IMG/VR virus record: IMGVR_UViG_3300020045_000249
Span: 1 to 37,741 of that record
DNA from: a virus
Taxonomy: Duplodnaviria; Caudoviricetes
DNA: 37,741 nt
Strand: one strand, 5' to 3'
The position numbers and the translations under genes were made by a program. Positions 6,829 through 16,000 of this stretch are shown in pieces. Under the pieces are notes generated by a model, which saw only the letters and a program-made list of their open reading frames with translations, was not told the DNA's origin and searched no databases. Every line of letters starts with the position of its first letter. Position 1 is the first letter of the stretch.

Positions 6829-7676
6829 TGCAAGCCCTCATTGATGGGGACCTGATTGCCTATCGCTGTGCTGCCTCCTGTCAAAGCAAGGGGGAAGTAG
6901 TGCACGATTTCGGCATTGCTTGTGCCCGTGCAGACAACCTCATCAAGAACATTGAGGATGCTGTTGGGGCAGAAGGCAACCGACAAATCTTCCTAAGTGG
7001 TGGTGAAAACTTCCGCAAGAAGATTTACCCCGACTACAAAGCCAACCGCACAGATCAAGAGAGGCCAGTTTACCTAGAGCCCTTGCGTGAGTGGTTGGTT
7101 ACTGAATGGGGTGCTAAAGTCACTGATGGCATTGAGGCAGACGATGCCATGGGGATTGCTCAAGACAAGTTAGATGGACGAACCATTATATGTTCTCTAG
7201 ACAAGGACATGCTGCAAGTACCTGGGTATCACTACCAATGGGAGATTCAGGGTACTGGCAGCACAGGTAAGAAGTGGATCAAGGAGGCATCCACAAAGTT
7301 CATCTACGAGCAAGACGGCATGTTCAATTTCTATTGGCAGCTAGTCATGGGAGATAGGGCAGACAATGTGCCTGGGTACGATGGGAAGATGCGGGCAGTT
7401 GTTCCTAAGTTTCTTAATAGTGCCTATGAGGACATGGCCGGAGTGGACACAGAGCATGATCTGTTTCAGTATGTGCTTAATCTGTACCAAGATGATTATG
7501 AGACAATGATCCGTAACGGGCGGTGCCTGTGGATTCAACGAGAGGAGAATGACGACTGGCTAAACCGCGTAACACCTTTAATGGAGGAGCTTGGACTCAA
7601 GCTAGATTCAATTCCTTCATTACCTCAACTCTTAGGGCAGGGGCAAGACGTTGGCAACCAAAATACAGTTGTTTAA
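6828..7676 (+). CDS. 5'-3' exonuclease (T7 gp6/T5 D15-like)
   Basis: ALIDGD, NFRKKIYPDYKANR, EADDAMG, SLDKDMLQVPG and GDRADNVPG motifs. Confidence 0.9.
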   Translation: MQALIDGDLIAYRCAASCQSKGEVVHDFGIACARADNLIKNIEDAVGAEGNRQIFLSGGENFRKKIYPDYKANRTDQERPVYLEPLREWLVTEWGAKVTDGIEADDAMGIAQDKLDGRTIICSLDKDMLQVPGYHYQWEIQGTGSTGKKWIKEASTKFIYEQDGMFNFYWQLVMGDRADNVPGYDGKMRAVVPKFLNSAYEDMAGVDTEHDLFQYVLNLYQDDYETMIRNGRCLWIQREENDDWLNRVTPLMEELGLKLDSIPSLPQLLGQGQDVGNQNTVV

Positions 7677-7936
7677 ACGACGCTAAGACAGAGAAGAAAA
7701 TCAATCCCAAAAGTGGTAGGTTGGCTCAACACTATCGCTGTGAACTATGCCACGAGGAGTTTACACAAAAGGACATGAACGTGGATCACATCAATCCGGC
7801 TGTAGACCCTGACAAAGGCTTTGAGACTTGGGACATCTTCATTAACCGTTTGTTTTGTGAAAGGGATAACTTGCAAGCGATTTGCGTCCCATGTCATAAA
7901 GAAAAAACTAAAGCAGAAAAGAAAAAGAAATGCTAA
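7556..7936 (+). CDS. HNH endonuclease (probable CTG start)
   Basis: Frame is open from 7553 and reads (M)AKPRNTFNGGAWTQARFNSFITSTLRAGARRWQPKY...CELC...VDHINP...NLQAICVPCHKEKT. AGAGGAG RBS at 7541-7547. Confidence 0.8.
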   Translation: MAKPRNTFNGGAWTQARFNSFITSTLRAGARRWQPKYSCLNDAKTEKKINPKSGRLAQHYRCELCHEEFTQKDMNVDHINPAVDPDKGFETWDIFINRLFCERDNLQAICVPCHKEKTKAEKKKKC

Positions 7937-8118
7937 TTGACCAAACAATTGACCTACCTAGCGGAACGGTCAAGTTCATTGGGGAGGTAACTCAAGAGGA
8001 GCTGGACTTCATCATCAAGATGGGGCTAGTAACTCTGTACCTACGTGGAGAGTTGTCCACCACTGTCGTCACAGATGATGGCACCATGGTGGCTGACGTA
8101 CCTGAGATGTTGCAATGA
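7930..8118 (+). CDS. Hypothetical protein (62 aa)
   Basis: ORF track; overlaps neighbours. Confidence 0.7.
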   Translation: MLIDQTIDLPSGTVKFIGEVTQEELDFIIKMGLVTLYLRGELSTTVVTDDGTMVADVPEMLQ

Positions 8119-8807
8119 AAGTTGTTCCAATGGAGGTTACCCTCCTTGATCATATGGGCAGTGATCTTTCTGTTGTGAATGCAGCTAGAGTGAGTTTCCA
8201 CAAGGAAAGCACAGAGTTTGTCGAACAAGATGAACGACTCATCAACTACCTAGCCAAACATAAACACCACTCACCCTTCAATCACACATTCATCACTGTT
8301 CGTGTCAAGGCCCCCATCTTTGTGGCTCGCCAACTGGTTAAGCACAAGTTCATGCCTTGGAATGAGGTGAGTCGTCGTTATGTGGATGATGAACCTGAGT
8401 TCTATTTTCCAGAAGTGTGGAGAGGCCGTCCTGTAAATGTCAAGCAAGGTAGTAATGATGTCAAAGTAAAACTAAAACCTCTTTCTGAGGGGCATGAGGA
8501 CCTCTGGGGCGATGTTGACAATGATTTTGAGATTCCTCTCCACGCAGAACTTCTTGTAGACAACAACCTAGGTCTTTATAAATGGATGATTGACTCAGGT
8601 GTAGCCCCCGAACAAGCTCGTATGGTATTGCCTCAGAACACTATGACTGAGTGGTACTGGAGTGGTACTCTGGGGGCGTTTGCTGACATGCTTGTTCTTC
8701 GCCTTGATCCCCATGCACAACAAGAGAGTCGTGAGGTTGCTGAGAAGATTCGAGATGCCATCCTTCCCCTGTTCCCCGTTAGTTTGAAAGCTTTGTTGGA
8801 GAATTAA
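8115..8807 (+). CDS. thyX: Flavin-dependent thymidylate synthase
   Basis: MGSDLSVVNAARVS, HHSPF, APIFVARQLVKH, NEVSRRY, PEQARMVLP and LRLDPHAQQE motifs. Confidence 0.95.
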   Translation: MKVVPMEVTLLDHMGSDLSVVNAARVSFHKESTEFVEQDERLINYLAKHKHHSPFNHTFITVRVKAPIFVARQLVKHKFMPWNEVSRRYVDDEPEFYFPEVWRGRPVNVKQGSNDVKVKLKPLSEGHEDLWGDVDNDFEIPLHAELLVDNNLGLYKWMIDSGVAPEQARMVLPQNTMTEWYWSGTLGAFADMLVLRLDPHAQQESREVAEKIRDAILPLFPVSLKALLEN

Positions 8808-8808
8808 A

Positions 8809-9570
8809 ATAAAACATCTAGTACTTCCTGATGTACAGGCCAAAGTTGGTCATGACTTCTCTTACCTAACCAAAATTGGTCGGTATATGGTGGAGAAGAA
8901 ACCAGATAAAGTGATTTGTCTTGGTGACTTTGCTGACATGCCCTCTCTAAGCTCCTATGACGTGGGTAAGAAAAGCTTTGAGGGCAGGCGCTACCGCGAT
9001 GACGTTGAGGCCTCTCACGAGGCTATGGTGGCCTTCCTGACCCCTCTGTGGGAGTTCAACGAAAAAGCTAGACGCAACAAAGAAAAACAATATCATCCAG
9101 AACTCATTCTAACACTTGGTAACCATGAAAACCGCATTAACCGGGCTGTTAACGACTCCGCTCAATTGGAAGGGGTCCTATCAGTCGATGATCTTGGGTA
9201 TGAAAGTTATGGGTGGGATGTTCACCCTTTTCTGGACGTTGTTGTGGTCGATGGTATTGCTTACTCTCACTACTTCACTACAGGTCTTATGGGTCGTCCT
9301 GTTACTACCGCTGCTGCTTGTCTTGCAAAAAAGCACATGTCTTGCGTCCAGGGGCATCAGCAAGGTCTACAGATTCATTCGGCCTACAAAGCAGACGGAG
9401 CCCAACTAACTTCCATCATTGCTGGTTCCTGTTACGAGCATGACGAAGATTACATGTCTTCTCAGGGTAACAAACACTGGCGTGGTTTCCTTATGCTGCA
9501 TGATGTTCATGACGGTGAGTTTGATATTATGCCAGTTAGCCTCAAGTACATTAACCAACGATATGCTTAA
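8809..9570 (+). CDS. Calcineurin-like metallophosphoesterase (probable ATA start)
   Basis: In-frame upstream sequence KHLVLPDVQ supplies the first metal motif, followed by LGDFAD, LGNHE, YSH and QGHQQ. GGAG at 8798-8801. Confidence 0.85.
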   Translation: MKHLVLPDVQAKVGHDFSYLTKIGRYMVEKKPDKVICLGDFADMPSLSSYDVGKKSFEGRRYRDDVEASHEAMVAFLTPLWEFNEKARRNKEKQYHPELILTLGNHENRINRAVNDSAQLEGVLSVDDLGYESYGWDVHPFLDVVVVDGIAYSHYFTTGLMGRPVTTAAACLAKKHMSCVQGHQQGLQIHSAYKADGAQLTSIIAGSCYEHDEDYMSSQGNKHWRGFLMLHDVHDGEFDIMPVSLKYINQRYA

Positions 9571-9787
9571 AGTGACAATTGAACTCTTCCCCTTTGGGGA
9601 CGCATCTAAAGCACGAGAGATTTCTTCCTTCTACATTGCCAACGATGGTACAGGTGGTCGAGACATTGGTAACTACATCTATAAGAAAGATGTGGCAGAT
9701 GATTGGCAACCCTCGGTACAAGATTGGCCCCGTAGTACCCCAGTTGAGTGGCTGGTTAAATCAGTTATTGAGAAACATTATGATTAA
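9563..9787 (+). CDS. Hypothetical protein (74 aa)
   Basis: MLKVTIELFPFGD...IANDGTGG...GNY; start overlaps the upstream stop region. Confidence 0.7.
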   Translation: MLKVTIELFPFGDASKAREISSFYIANDGTGGRDIGNYIYKKDVADDWQPSVQDWPRSTPVEWLVKSVIEKHYD

Positions 9788-10037
9788 CGAACACGACATT
9801 AAAGACTACAAAGAGGATGGCTTTAAACAGCCTGACGTAGTAAACCATCCTAGTCACTACAAGAGCCATCCCTCTGGTGTGGAATGTATCCAAATCACTG
9901 AGCATATGACTTTCACTCTCGGCAACGCGATGAAATACATCTGGCGTGCTGACTACAAGAATGGTGTTGAGGATTTGCAAAAAGCTATCTGGTACCTGAC
10001 CCGTGAAGTTGAGAAACGAACTAAACAAAAAGAATGA
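9780..10037 (+). CDS. DUF3310-like protein
   Basis: DVVNHPSHY...GVECIQI...GNAMKYIWRA..KNGVEDLQKAIWYL signature. Confidence 0.85.
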   Translation: MINEHDIKDYKEDGFKQPDVVNHPSHYKSHPSGVECIQITEHMTFTLGNAMKYIWRADYKNGVEDLQKAIWYLTREVEKRTKQKE

Positions 10038-10369
10038 ACATCAAATCCTTCTCCGAATATGAAAATCTTGCAAAGTCTTTTGCTCTATATCCAGAGGCGG
10101 GTACAGGTAGTACAATGGCACTGGCTTACACTGCCTTGGGCCTCGCAGGGGAGTCCGGTGAGTACACAGAAAAAGTAAAGAAACTCATCCGTGATGGGAA
10201 GCTAGATAAGCCACTAGCCCTCAAAGAGTTAAGTGATGTTCTCTGGTATCTCACTGCTTCTGCCAAGGAGTTGGGTTACACCCTAGCAGATGTTGCTGAA
10301 GTTAACATTGTCAAGCTAATGGATCGTGCTGAACGAGGTAAGTTGCAAGGAAGTGGGGATACTCGGTGA
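10034..10369 (+). CDS. MazG-like NTP pyrophosphohydrolase
   Basis: LGLAGESGE...KVKK.IRD...KELSDVLWY...N..KL.DR..RG.L.GSGD.R. Confidence 0.9.
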   Translation: MNIKSFSEYENLAKSFALYPEAGTGSTMALAYTALGLAGESGEYTEKVKKLIRDGKLDKPLALKELSDVLWYLTASAKELGYTLADVAEVNIVKLMDRAERGKLQGSGDTR

Positions 10370-10515
10370 ATGCAGAACTACATGACCTAATTGCTGCAAA
10401 GCTAGACATCACAGAGTTCCTAGACATCCTAGGTTTGGAACTTGTAGACATCCTTGATAAATTTGAAGACGAAATTAGTGAACACAAAGAAGAGCTACTA
10501 CGTGCAACCAGTTGA
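10366..10515 (+). CDS. Small acidic hypothetical protein (49 aa)
   Basis: GTG start overlapping the MazG stop; MNAELHDLIAAKLDITEFLDILGLELVDILDKFEDEISEHKEELLRATS*. Confidence 0.65.
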   Translation: MNAELHDLIAAKLDITEFLDILGLELVDILDKFEDEISEHKEELLRATS

Positions 10516-10675
10516 CACTGGCAGCAAGAAGAAATACCTAGAACGTAAAATCGAGGAGAAGGAAGCTGGAGCCGAAATACGAGAGTTTCATGACACCCGG
10601 ACAACCCCATCCAGCGAGGTGTATGAAGCACAAGACATGGAAGAAGAAGGGGGTTTGCGAGGGATGCCGGATTGA
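10478..10675 (+). CDS. Hypothetical protein
   Basis: ORF track 10454..10675; GTG at 10478 is the likelier start. Confidence 0.5.
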   Translation: MNTKKSYYVQPVDTGSKKKYLERKIEEKEAGAEIREFHDTRTTPSSEVYEAQDMEEEGGLRGMPD

Positions 10676-10751
10676 GGAAGACAAAATGAAACGACAACGA
10701 GAACTAGAACACGGGGCTAACAAGCCGGAGGTAATCATTGGAAAAATCTGA
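10590..10751 (+). CDS. Small putative Zn-binding protein (53 aa)
   Basis: MTPGQPHPARCMKHKTWKKKGVCEGCRIEE...GKI* contains CxxH...CxxC. Confidence 0.5.
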   Translation: MTPGQPHPARCMKHKTWKKKGVCEGCRIEEDKMKRQRELEHGANKPEVIIGKI

Positions 10752-12384
10752 ATTTCGCACCAACTTTGGTGAAAATATCTTCCGGTACAAGTATGCACAG
10801 GGTCCGAGTGATACTTGGCGTAAACTTGCAGATCGTCTTGTTGAAGATGTGTGTGGTACTCGTGAGGGTACTACGCACAAACTCATGTCTGATGATGACC
10901 GAAAGCAACTGGCTCAGTACATCAAAGACTTTAAGTTTCTTCCAGGTGGACGGTATCTCTATTACGCGGGACGACCTTTCAAGGCATACAATAACTGCTA
11001 TCTTCTACGCGCAGAAGAAGATACACGAGAAGAATGGAGTAATGTAACATGGCGAGCAATGTCCTGTCTCATGACGGGTGGGGGAATTGGAATTGACTAC
11101 AGTCGCCTTCGTCCATCAGGCAGCGCGCTCACACGAACAGGTGGTACAGCATCTGGTCCAATCCCTCTTATGTCTGCCATCAATGAAATTGGACGAAACG
11201 TTATGCAGGGAGGTAGTCGTCGCTCGGCTATCTACGCAAGTCTTAACTGGCGGCATGATGATGTCCAAAGTTTCCTTACCGTAAAGAACTGGCCCGAGCT
11301 GATTCGTAACGAGAAGCAGCGAGACTTCAACTTCCCTGCCCCTCTGGACATGACCAATATTAGCGTCAACTATGATGACGCTGCTATGGTCGGTGGACTG
11401 GAAAACAATCCAGTGTTCTTGCAGAACGTGCGACAAGCTATGGAGACTGGGGAACCTGGGTTCTCCTTCAACTTTGGTAGTAAACAGAATGAAACTCTTC
11501 GTAATGCATGTACTGAGGTCACCAGTGAGGACGATTCAGATGTTTGTAACCTTGGTTCTATTAATCTTGGTAATATCCAGTCTTTGGAAGAGTTCACTGC
11601 TGTTGTTTGCCTTGCCAGTAAGTTTCTCGTATGTGGTACTCTCCGCGCAGATTTACCCTATGAAAAGGTATATCAGGTTCGTGAGAAAAATCGTCGGTTG
11701 GGATTGGGACTTATGGGTATCCATGAGTGGCTCCTCCAACGATCCTACAAATACGAAGTAACTCCTGAACTACATGACTGGTTGAAGGTATATGAATCAG
11801 AAAGTGAACGAAGCGCAAATGAACATTGCGATCGCCTCTACATCTCTAGACCAGTTGCGTATAGAGCTATCGCACCTACCGGATCAATCGGAATCCTTGC
11901 CGGGACAACAACTGGCATTGAACCATTGTTTGCAGTTGCTTACAAACGTCGTTTCCTCACTGAGGGTACTAAATGGAAGTATCAGTATGTCGTCGATGGA
12001 ACAGCGCAAGCCCTAATTGCAAAATATGGTGTTAATCCTGATTCCATTGAGTCTGCCCTTGACCTGAGTAATGATTATGAACGACGAATCAAATTCCAAG
12101 CGGACATTCAAGATTACGTTGACATGTCAATCTCTTCCACGATCAATCTACCATCCTGGGGGAGTAAAGGAAACTCGGCATCAGACGTTGGAAAGTTTGC
12201 CAGCATCCTTGCACGATACGCTCCGCGTCTGCGCGGGTTTACTTGTTACCCAGATGGAAGTCGAGGAGGTCAACCCCTCACCGCAGTGCCTTACGCAGAA
12301 GCCTTGAAACATAAAGACACTGTGTATGACGAGATGCCTGTAGACATCTGTGACCTCACTGGTGGGGGTACGTGTGGCTCTTGA
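10738..12384 (+). CDS. nrdJ: Ribonucleotide reductase, class II (NrdJ-like)
   Basis: LPGGR, NNCY, GGGIGID, GGSRRSA, NACTE (NPCxE equivalent), CNLGS, RRLGLG, APTG, TGIEP, SISSTIN and a C-terminal Cys pair. No beta subunit in the window. TTG start with GGAGG RBS. Confidence 0.85.
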   Translation: MEKSEFRTNFGENIFRYKYAQGPSDTWRKLADRLVEDVCGTREGTTHKLMSDDDRKQLAQYIKDFKFLPGGRYLYYAGRPFKAYNNCYLLRAEEDTREEWSNVTWRAMSCLMTGGGIGIDYSRLRPSGSALTRTGGTASGPIPLMSAINEIGRNVMQGGSRRSAIYASLNWRHDDVQSFLTVKNWPELIRNEKQRDFNFPAPLDMTNISVNYDDAAMVGGLENNPVFLQNVRQAMETGEPGFSFNFGSKQNETLRNACTEVTSEDDSDVCNLGSINLGNIQSLEEFTAVVCLASKFLVCGTLRADLPYEKVYQVREKNRRLGLGLMGIHEWLLQRSYKYEVTPELHDWLKVYESESERSANEHCDRLYISRPVAYRAIAPTGSIGILAGTTTGIEPLFAVAYKRRFLTEGTKWKYQYVVDGTAQALIAKYGVNPDSIESALDLSNDYERRIKFQADIQDYVDMSISSTINLPSWGSKGNSASDVGKFASILARYAPRLRGFTCYPDGSRGGQPLTAVPYAEALKHKDTVYDEMPVDICDLTGGGTCGS

Positions 12385-12532
12385 AGTCACACTAGAACTA
12401 ATCAATGGCATCAAAGTAGGTATTGAGCACATTGATGTAAGGGAGCCTGATGACAATGTGTTGTGGCTAATTGCCATTGACCTATTTGTTGTCAGGATTG
12501 GAATCTTGAAATACTCAGATATAGAAGTATAG
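12374..12532 (+). CDS. Small hypothetical protein (52 aa)
   Basis: ORF track frame with GTG start near the RNR stop; last gene before the terminator. Confidence 0.55.
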   Translation: MALEVTLELINGIKVGIEHIDVREPDDNVLWLIAIDLFVVRIGILKYSDIEV

Positions 12533-12537
12533 ATGTT

Positions 12538-12574
12538 AAAAAGCCCGCGTCCTGTGAAGGATAGCGGGCTTTTT
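12538..12574. terminator. Bidirectional intrinsic terminator between the convergent arms
   Basis: AAAAA-GCCCGC-g-TCCT-GTGA-AGGA-ta-GCGGGC-TTTTT, with T-tracts on both strands. Confidence 0.9.
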
Positions 12575-12579
12575 CTTTG

Positions 12580-13005
12580 TCATTTCCAAATACCAGTACG
12601 CATTTGTTCACTTAATCGTTTAGCACGTTCAGGTGTCTGTCGTGCCCAGAGAGACTGTAGCATACCATTGGCAGCATTCTCATACTGCCCATCCTCTACC
12701 ATCTTCAAGGTGTTCTTAAAGCCCAGAAGGCCTTGTACACCCATCTGGAAGGACATGTTCAGCAACACACCCTGCCGAGCTTCTTCTAGCTTTGTGAACC
12801 ATGGTAGATGTTTGGTGAGGGCCTCAATGCGGTCATCTATATCATTCTCTAGCAAGAAGTCAATCTCTTTTGCACGAAGATGCCCACCCTTACGTTTGTC
12901 AATCAAACGTCCCACACCAATGGTCCAATAACCTAGATGGTCTTGGTAGGCATGTTCTACAACCCCCTCGTCACGAGTTAGTTGTTTCTTCAACTCTTCT
13001 TTCAT
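12580..13005 (-). CDS. Endolysin, T4-like lysozyme (GH24)
   Basis: DEG...YQDHLGYWTIGVG catalytic E/D/T pattern; NMSFQMG; SLWARQTPERAKRL. Confidence 0.92.
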   Translation of the reverse strand: MKEELKKQLTRDEGVVEHAYQDHLGYWTIGVGRLIDKRKGGHLRAKEIDFLLENDIDDRIEALTKHLPWFTKLEEARQGVLLNMSFQMGVQGLLGFKNTLKMVEDGQYENAANGMLQSLWARQTPERAKRLSEQMRTGIWK

Positions 13006-16000
13006 TGCAAGCTCTCCAATGTTCTAGCACCCTGCATCTTTTGTGGGGTGCTTTTTGCGTTTATGGCCAGGAGTTTCGCAACGTCCACAGCACTAACTTG
13101 ACCCGCTTTCAGCTTGGGTTCCAGTTCACGTACCAGAGTGTCTGCATCACCTTCATAGCGCTGGTAGTTCTCCAGCATCTGTTGTGGAATGTCTTGACCA
13201 GCGTGTAGCCGATCCACCATCTTCTTGACAACAGCACTACGGAGTTCTGAATAACCAATCCCCTGCTGCTTTAGGTCCCATAGCTTCTGTTTCTGGACAC
13301 TCTCGTTGATACCCGTGAAGCCAAAGTTCTTAGCCATCTTGTCAGCGTCGGTACGAATCACCTGACCTGCCAGCGTATCACGATTAAGACCCAACTCACC
13401 TTGTGGGGTTTGCTGGCTAAACCAGTTGCGATCCATGGCACCAGTAGCAAAGCCCGGAGCAGCTTCCCTAGCCAGCCGTTTGAAGTTCATCTCACTTGGA
13501 TCAGACAGAGTTGATAGACCTTGGCTAGCCACATCCACTAGTTTACTGCCACCAGGGAACATGGCTTCACCTAAGCTATTCGGAACGACATCAGAAACAC
13601 CCAATCGTTTAGACAAGTCCAGCCCCATCAGGGAGAAGACACCATGACTGGCAACATACTTCCCTTTTGGATCATCAGACAGTGTTTCAGAGAAGTCAAT
13701 CACAACCCTGCTTAGACTGTCCGGCTTACCCATGGCCTTGGTAATCTGGCGGTAGAGCCAGTCAGCTTCAGCAAAAGCCAGAGAGCCTGTAATGCCTGCG
13801 GCAGCGGCCCCAACAGCAATCTGCATCAGGAAAGGTTTAGCATCACCCTCCTTACCAATCTCACGGGCAAACATGGCTAGCCTAGACAACTCGTTGTGTT
13901 TAAACGAGGAGAGGTTGGCAGCAATATCACCAATGGGACCTAATGCATTGAAGATTGTTGGACGTTCAATGGGAGAGTAGTTGTTCATTGCCATGTCCGT
14001 GAGGTTGTTGGCAAGACCAAAGTCCCTAATCCCGTTGTCATCCAGCATGTGAACAAAGCCGTAGTACATCAACTGCCTAGTACCACTCTCCACATTACCA
14101 GCCAAGAAGTTACCAGTCTTGTCCAAGTAGAACTCAGCGTTCTTGCGTGAGACAGTGGACGTGTCCACCAACTCACTACCGTAGACATGGTGTTTATCAG
14201 CATAGTCCTTAGCAGCAGCTTCCAACTCATTCAACTTACCCAACTTGTCCTTGAAGATGGTAAAGCCCGCCTTAGCCATGCTGTCATACCCAGTGGTCAT
14301 GGCATCTATACCACGACTCTTCAGGAAGGAAGTCATAGCTGGCATAGACAGGAAGGGCTGTACCACGTTGGTTGCCAAGAAAGCGGGATTCAGGCCCAGC
14401 AGCATGGTGTTTACAGCCTTGCGGCTGTAGCCCATCACGTTACTGGGGATGGTGTGACCCACTCCTGTAGCCTCCCAGAAGGAGTTGATGGCTGCTTCCA
14501 GCGCAGTACCAGCTTTCGTCGGGTTGAGTCCTAGAGCATTACGGATGTAACCTTCTGCCCATTTCTTAGCATTTGGCATGTCTACGTCACTAGCAAGTAC
14601 TTTGTTGGCCTCACGAGTGGCATCAGACAGATGGCCCCACTTCAACGCAGCTTCCGCATATTGCAACTGAGCGTCCATGAAGTCCTTAGCATTCTCTTCA
14701 GCCGTTAGCCAAGGCTTGCGACCTTCCATACCAAATACACCCTTCTTGCCCTTGGTGTGACTCTTCTGACCACGGTAGTCGTAGGCTTCCTTGGTTTTGA
14801 TGTCTTCCAACACTTGTAAGAATTCATTGGTGGCAGGACTGTTCTCAGACAGCATCTCCAAAGCTTGCTGGATAGCCACCACAGTTGACCCACCACGACC
14901 CGTGGTCGTTGGAGCACCATAGCGAGTTTCAGACTCTATGATGTACTCTGGGTTACTTGCACGCATCTTTTTCTCAATGGAAGCCAAACCCCATTTGGTC
15001 TTGGCACCCAACACACCAACAACCACCTTGTTACCATCCTCATCAAGAGTGTAAACCCGCTTACGGAAGTCTCCAGTGGCGTTCATGGCAGAGTAGGCCG
15101 TACGCTTGTCAATGGGTGCCTTGCCAGCGGCGGCACGAGCAGCATTAATACGCTCAAAGGCAGCATCCATCGTTTGCTTGTGTGCTTGTGCAAAGGCAGT
15201 TTGCTTCTCCGAGAAACCATGCTTCTGCAAGAATTCAGGAGTTACTTCCACCTTGTTCATGTCAGCTTGGTTTAGCACCGTCGCAATTTCCGTACGTTCC
15301 ACCGTAGACAAGTCTCGCATGGCTGGAGCCAGCGAGTCATGGATGTAGTCACGAATGTCAGCACGAGCCAGCCGGTCAGCATCCAGCATCTTGTCCACAA
15401 CGAACTTGATGATGGGGTTACCAGTTTTCTCTGCTTGGTACAGACCACCCTTAGTGAACACATTGATTGCCTTTTGAGCAATGTTCTGGTCCACATCCTT
15501 CATACCCTTAGCAGCCACAATTGCTTCGTCGGCGGTCATGGTAGTGGGGATCAAGTTCCGAAGCTTCTCACGAAGACCTGCCACTTTCTTAAGCTGATCC
15601 ATTTCTGGTTGCCCCTTCCAGTCGAACAAGACTCCACCGGATTGTTTCTTAGAATTGAACGGGCGATTAGGAGTCCCAAAGACTTTTGTGATGTCTTCAG
15701 GAGAGAGTCGGGACTTTTTACCGTCTATAAACTCTACCCTAGGATACCATGTGGATTTATCACCCACCTGACTATTCCTGTTTTCAACAACAGTGGCCCT
15801 CTCTAATTCCCCCCGACGCGTTGTCAGCACGTCTGTACCAAGAGGTATCTTTGTATATCCCGGATGAATCTCATTAACCCTCTTAGGAGGAAGCGTCTCC
15901 TGCCATTTTGTGTTTGTACGTTCTAGATCATTAATCTTAGTACGTAGTTCTTGGTTTTTAGTGTGGAACTCTTCTTTAGAAATAGCTTGATCAATCCAGA

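Noticed and set aside
10512-10540. Fourth promoter at TTGACA 10512-10517
   Set aside because: The best -10 at correct spacing (TACCTA) lacks the conserved final T; too weak to call.
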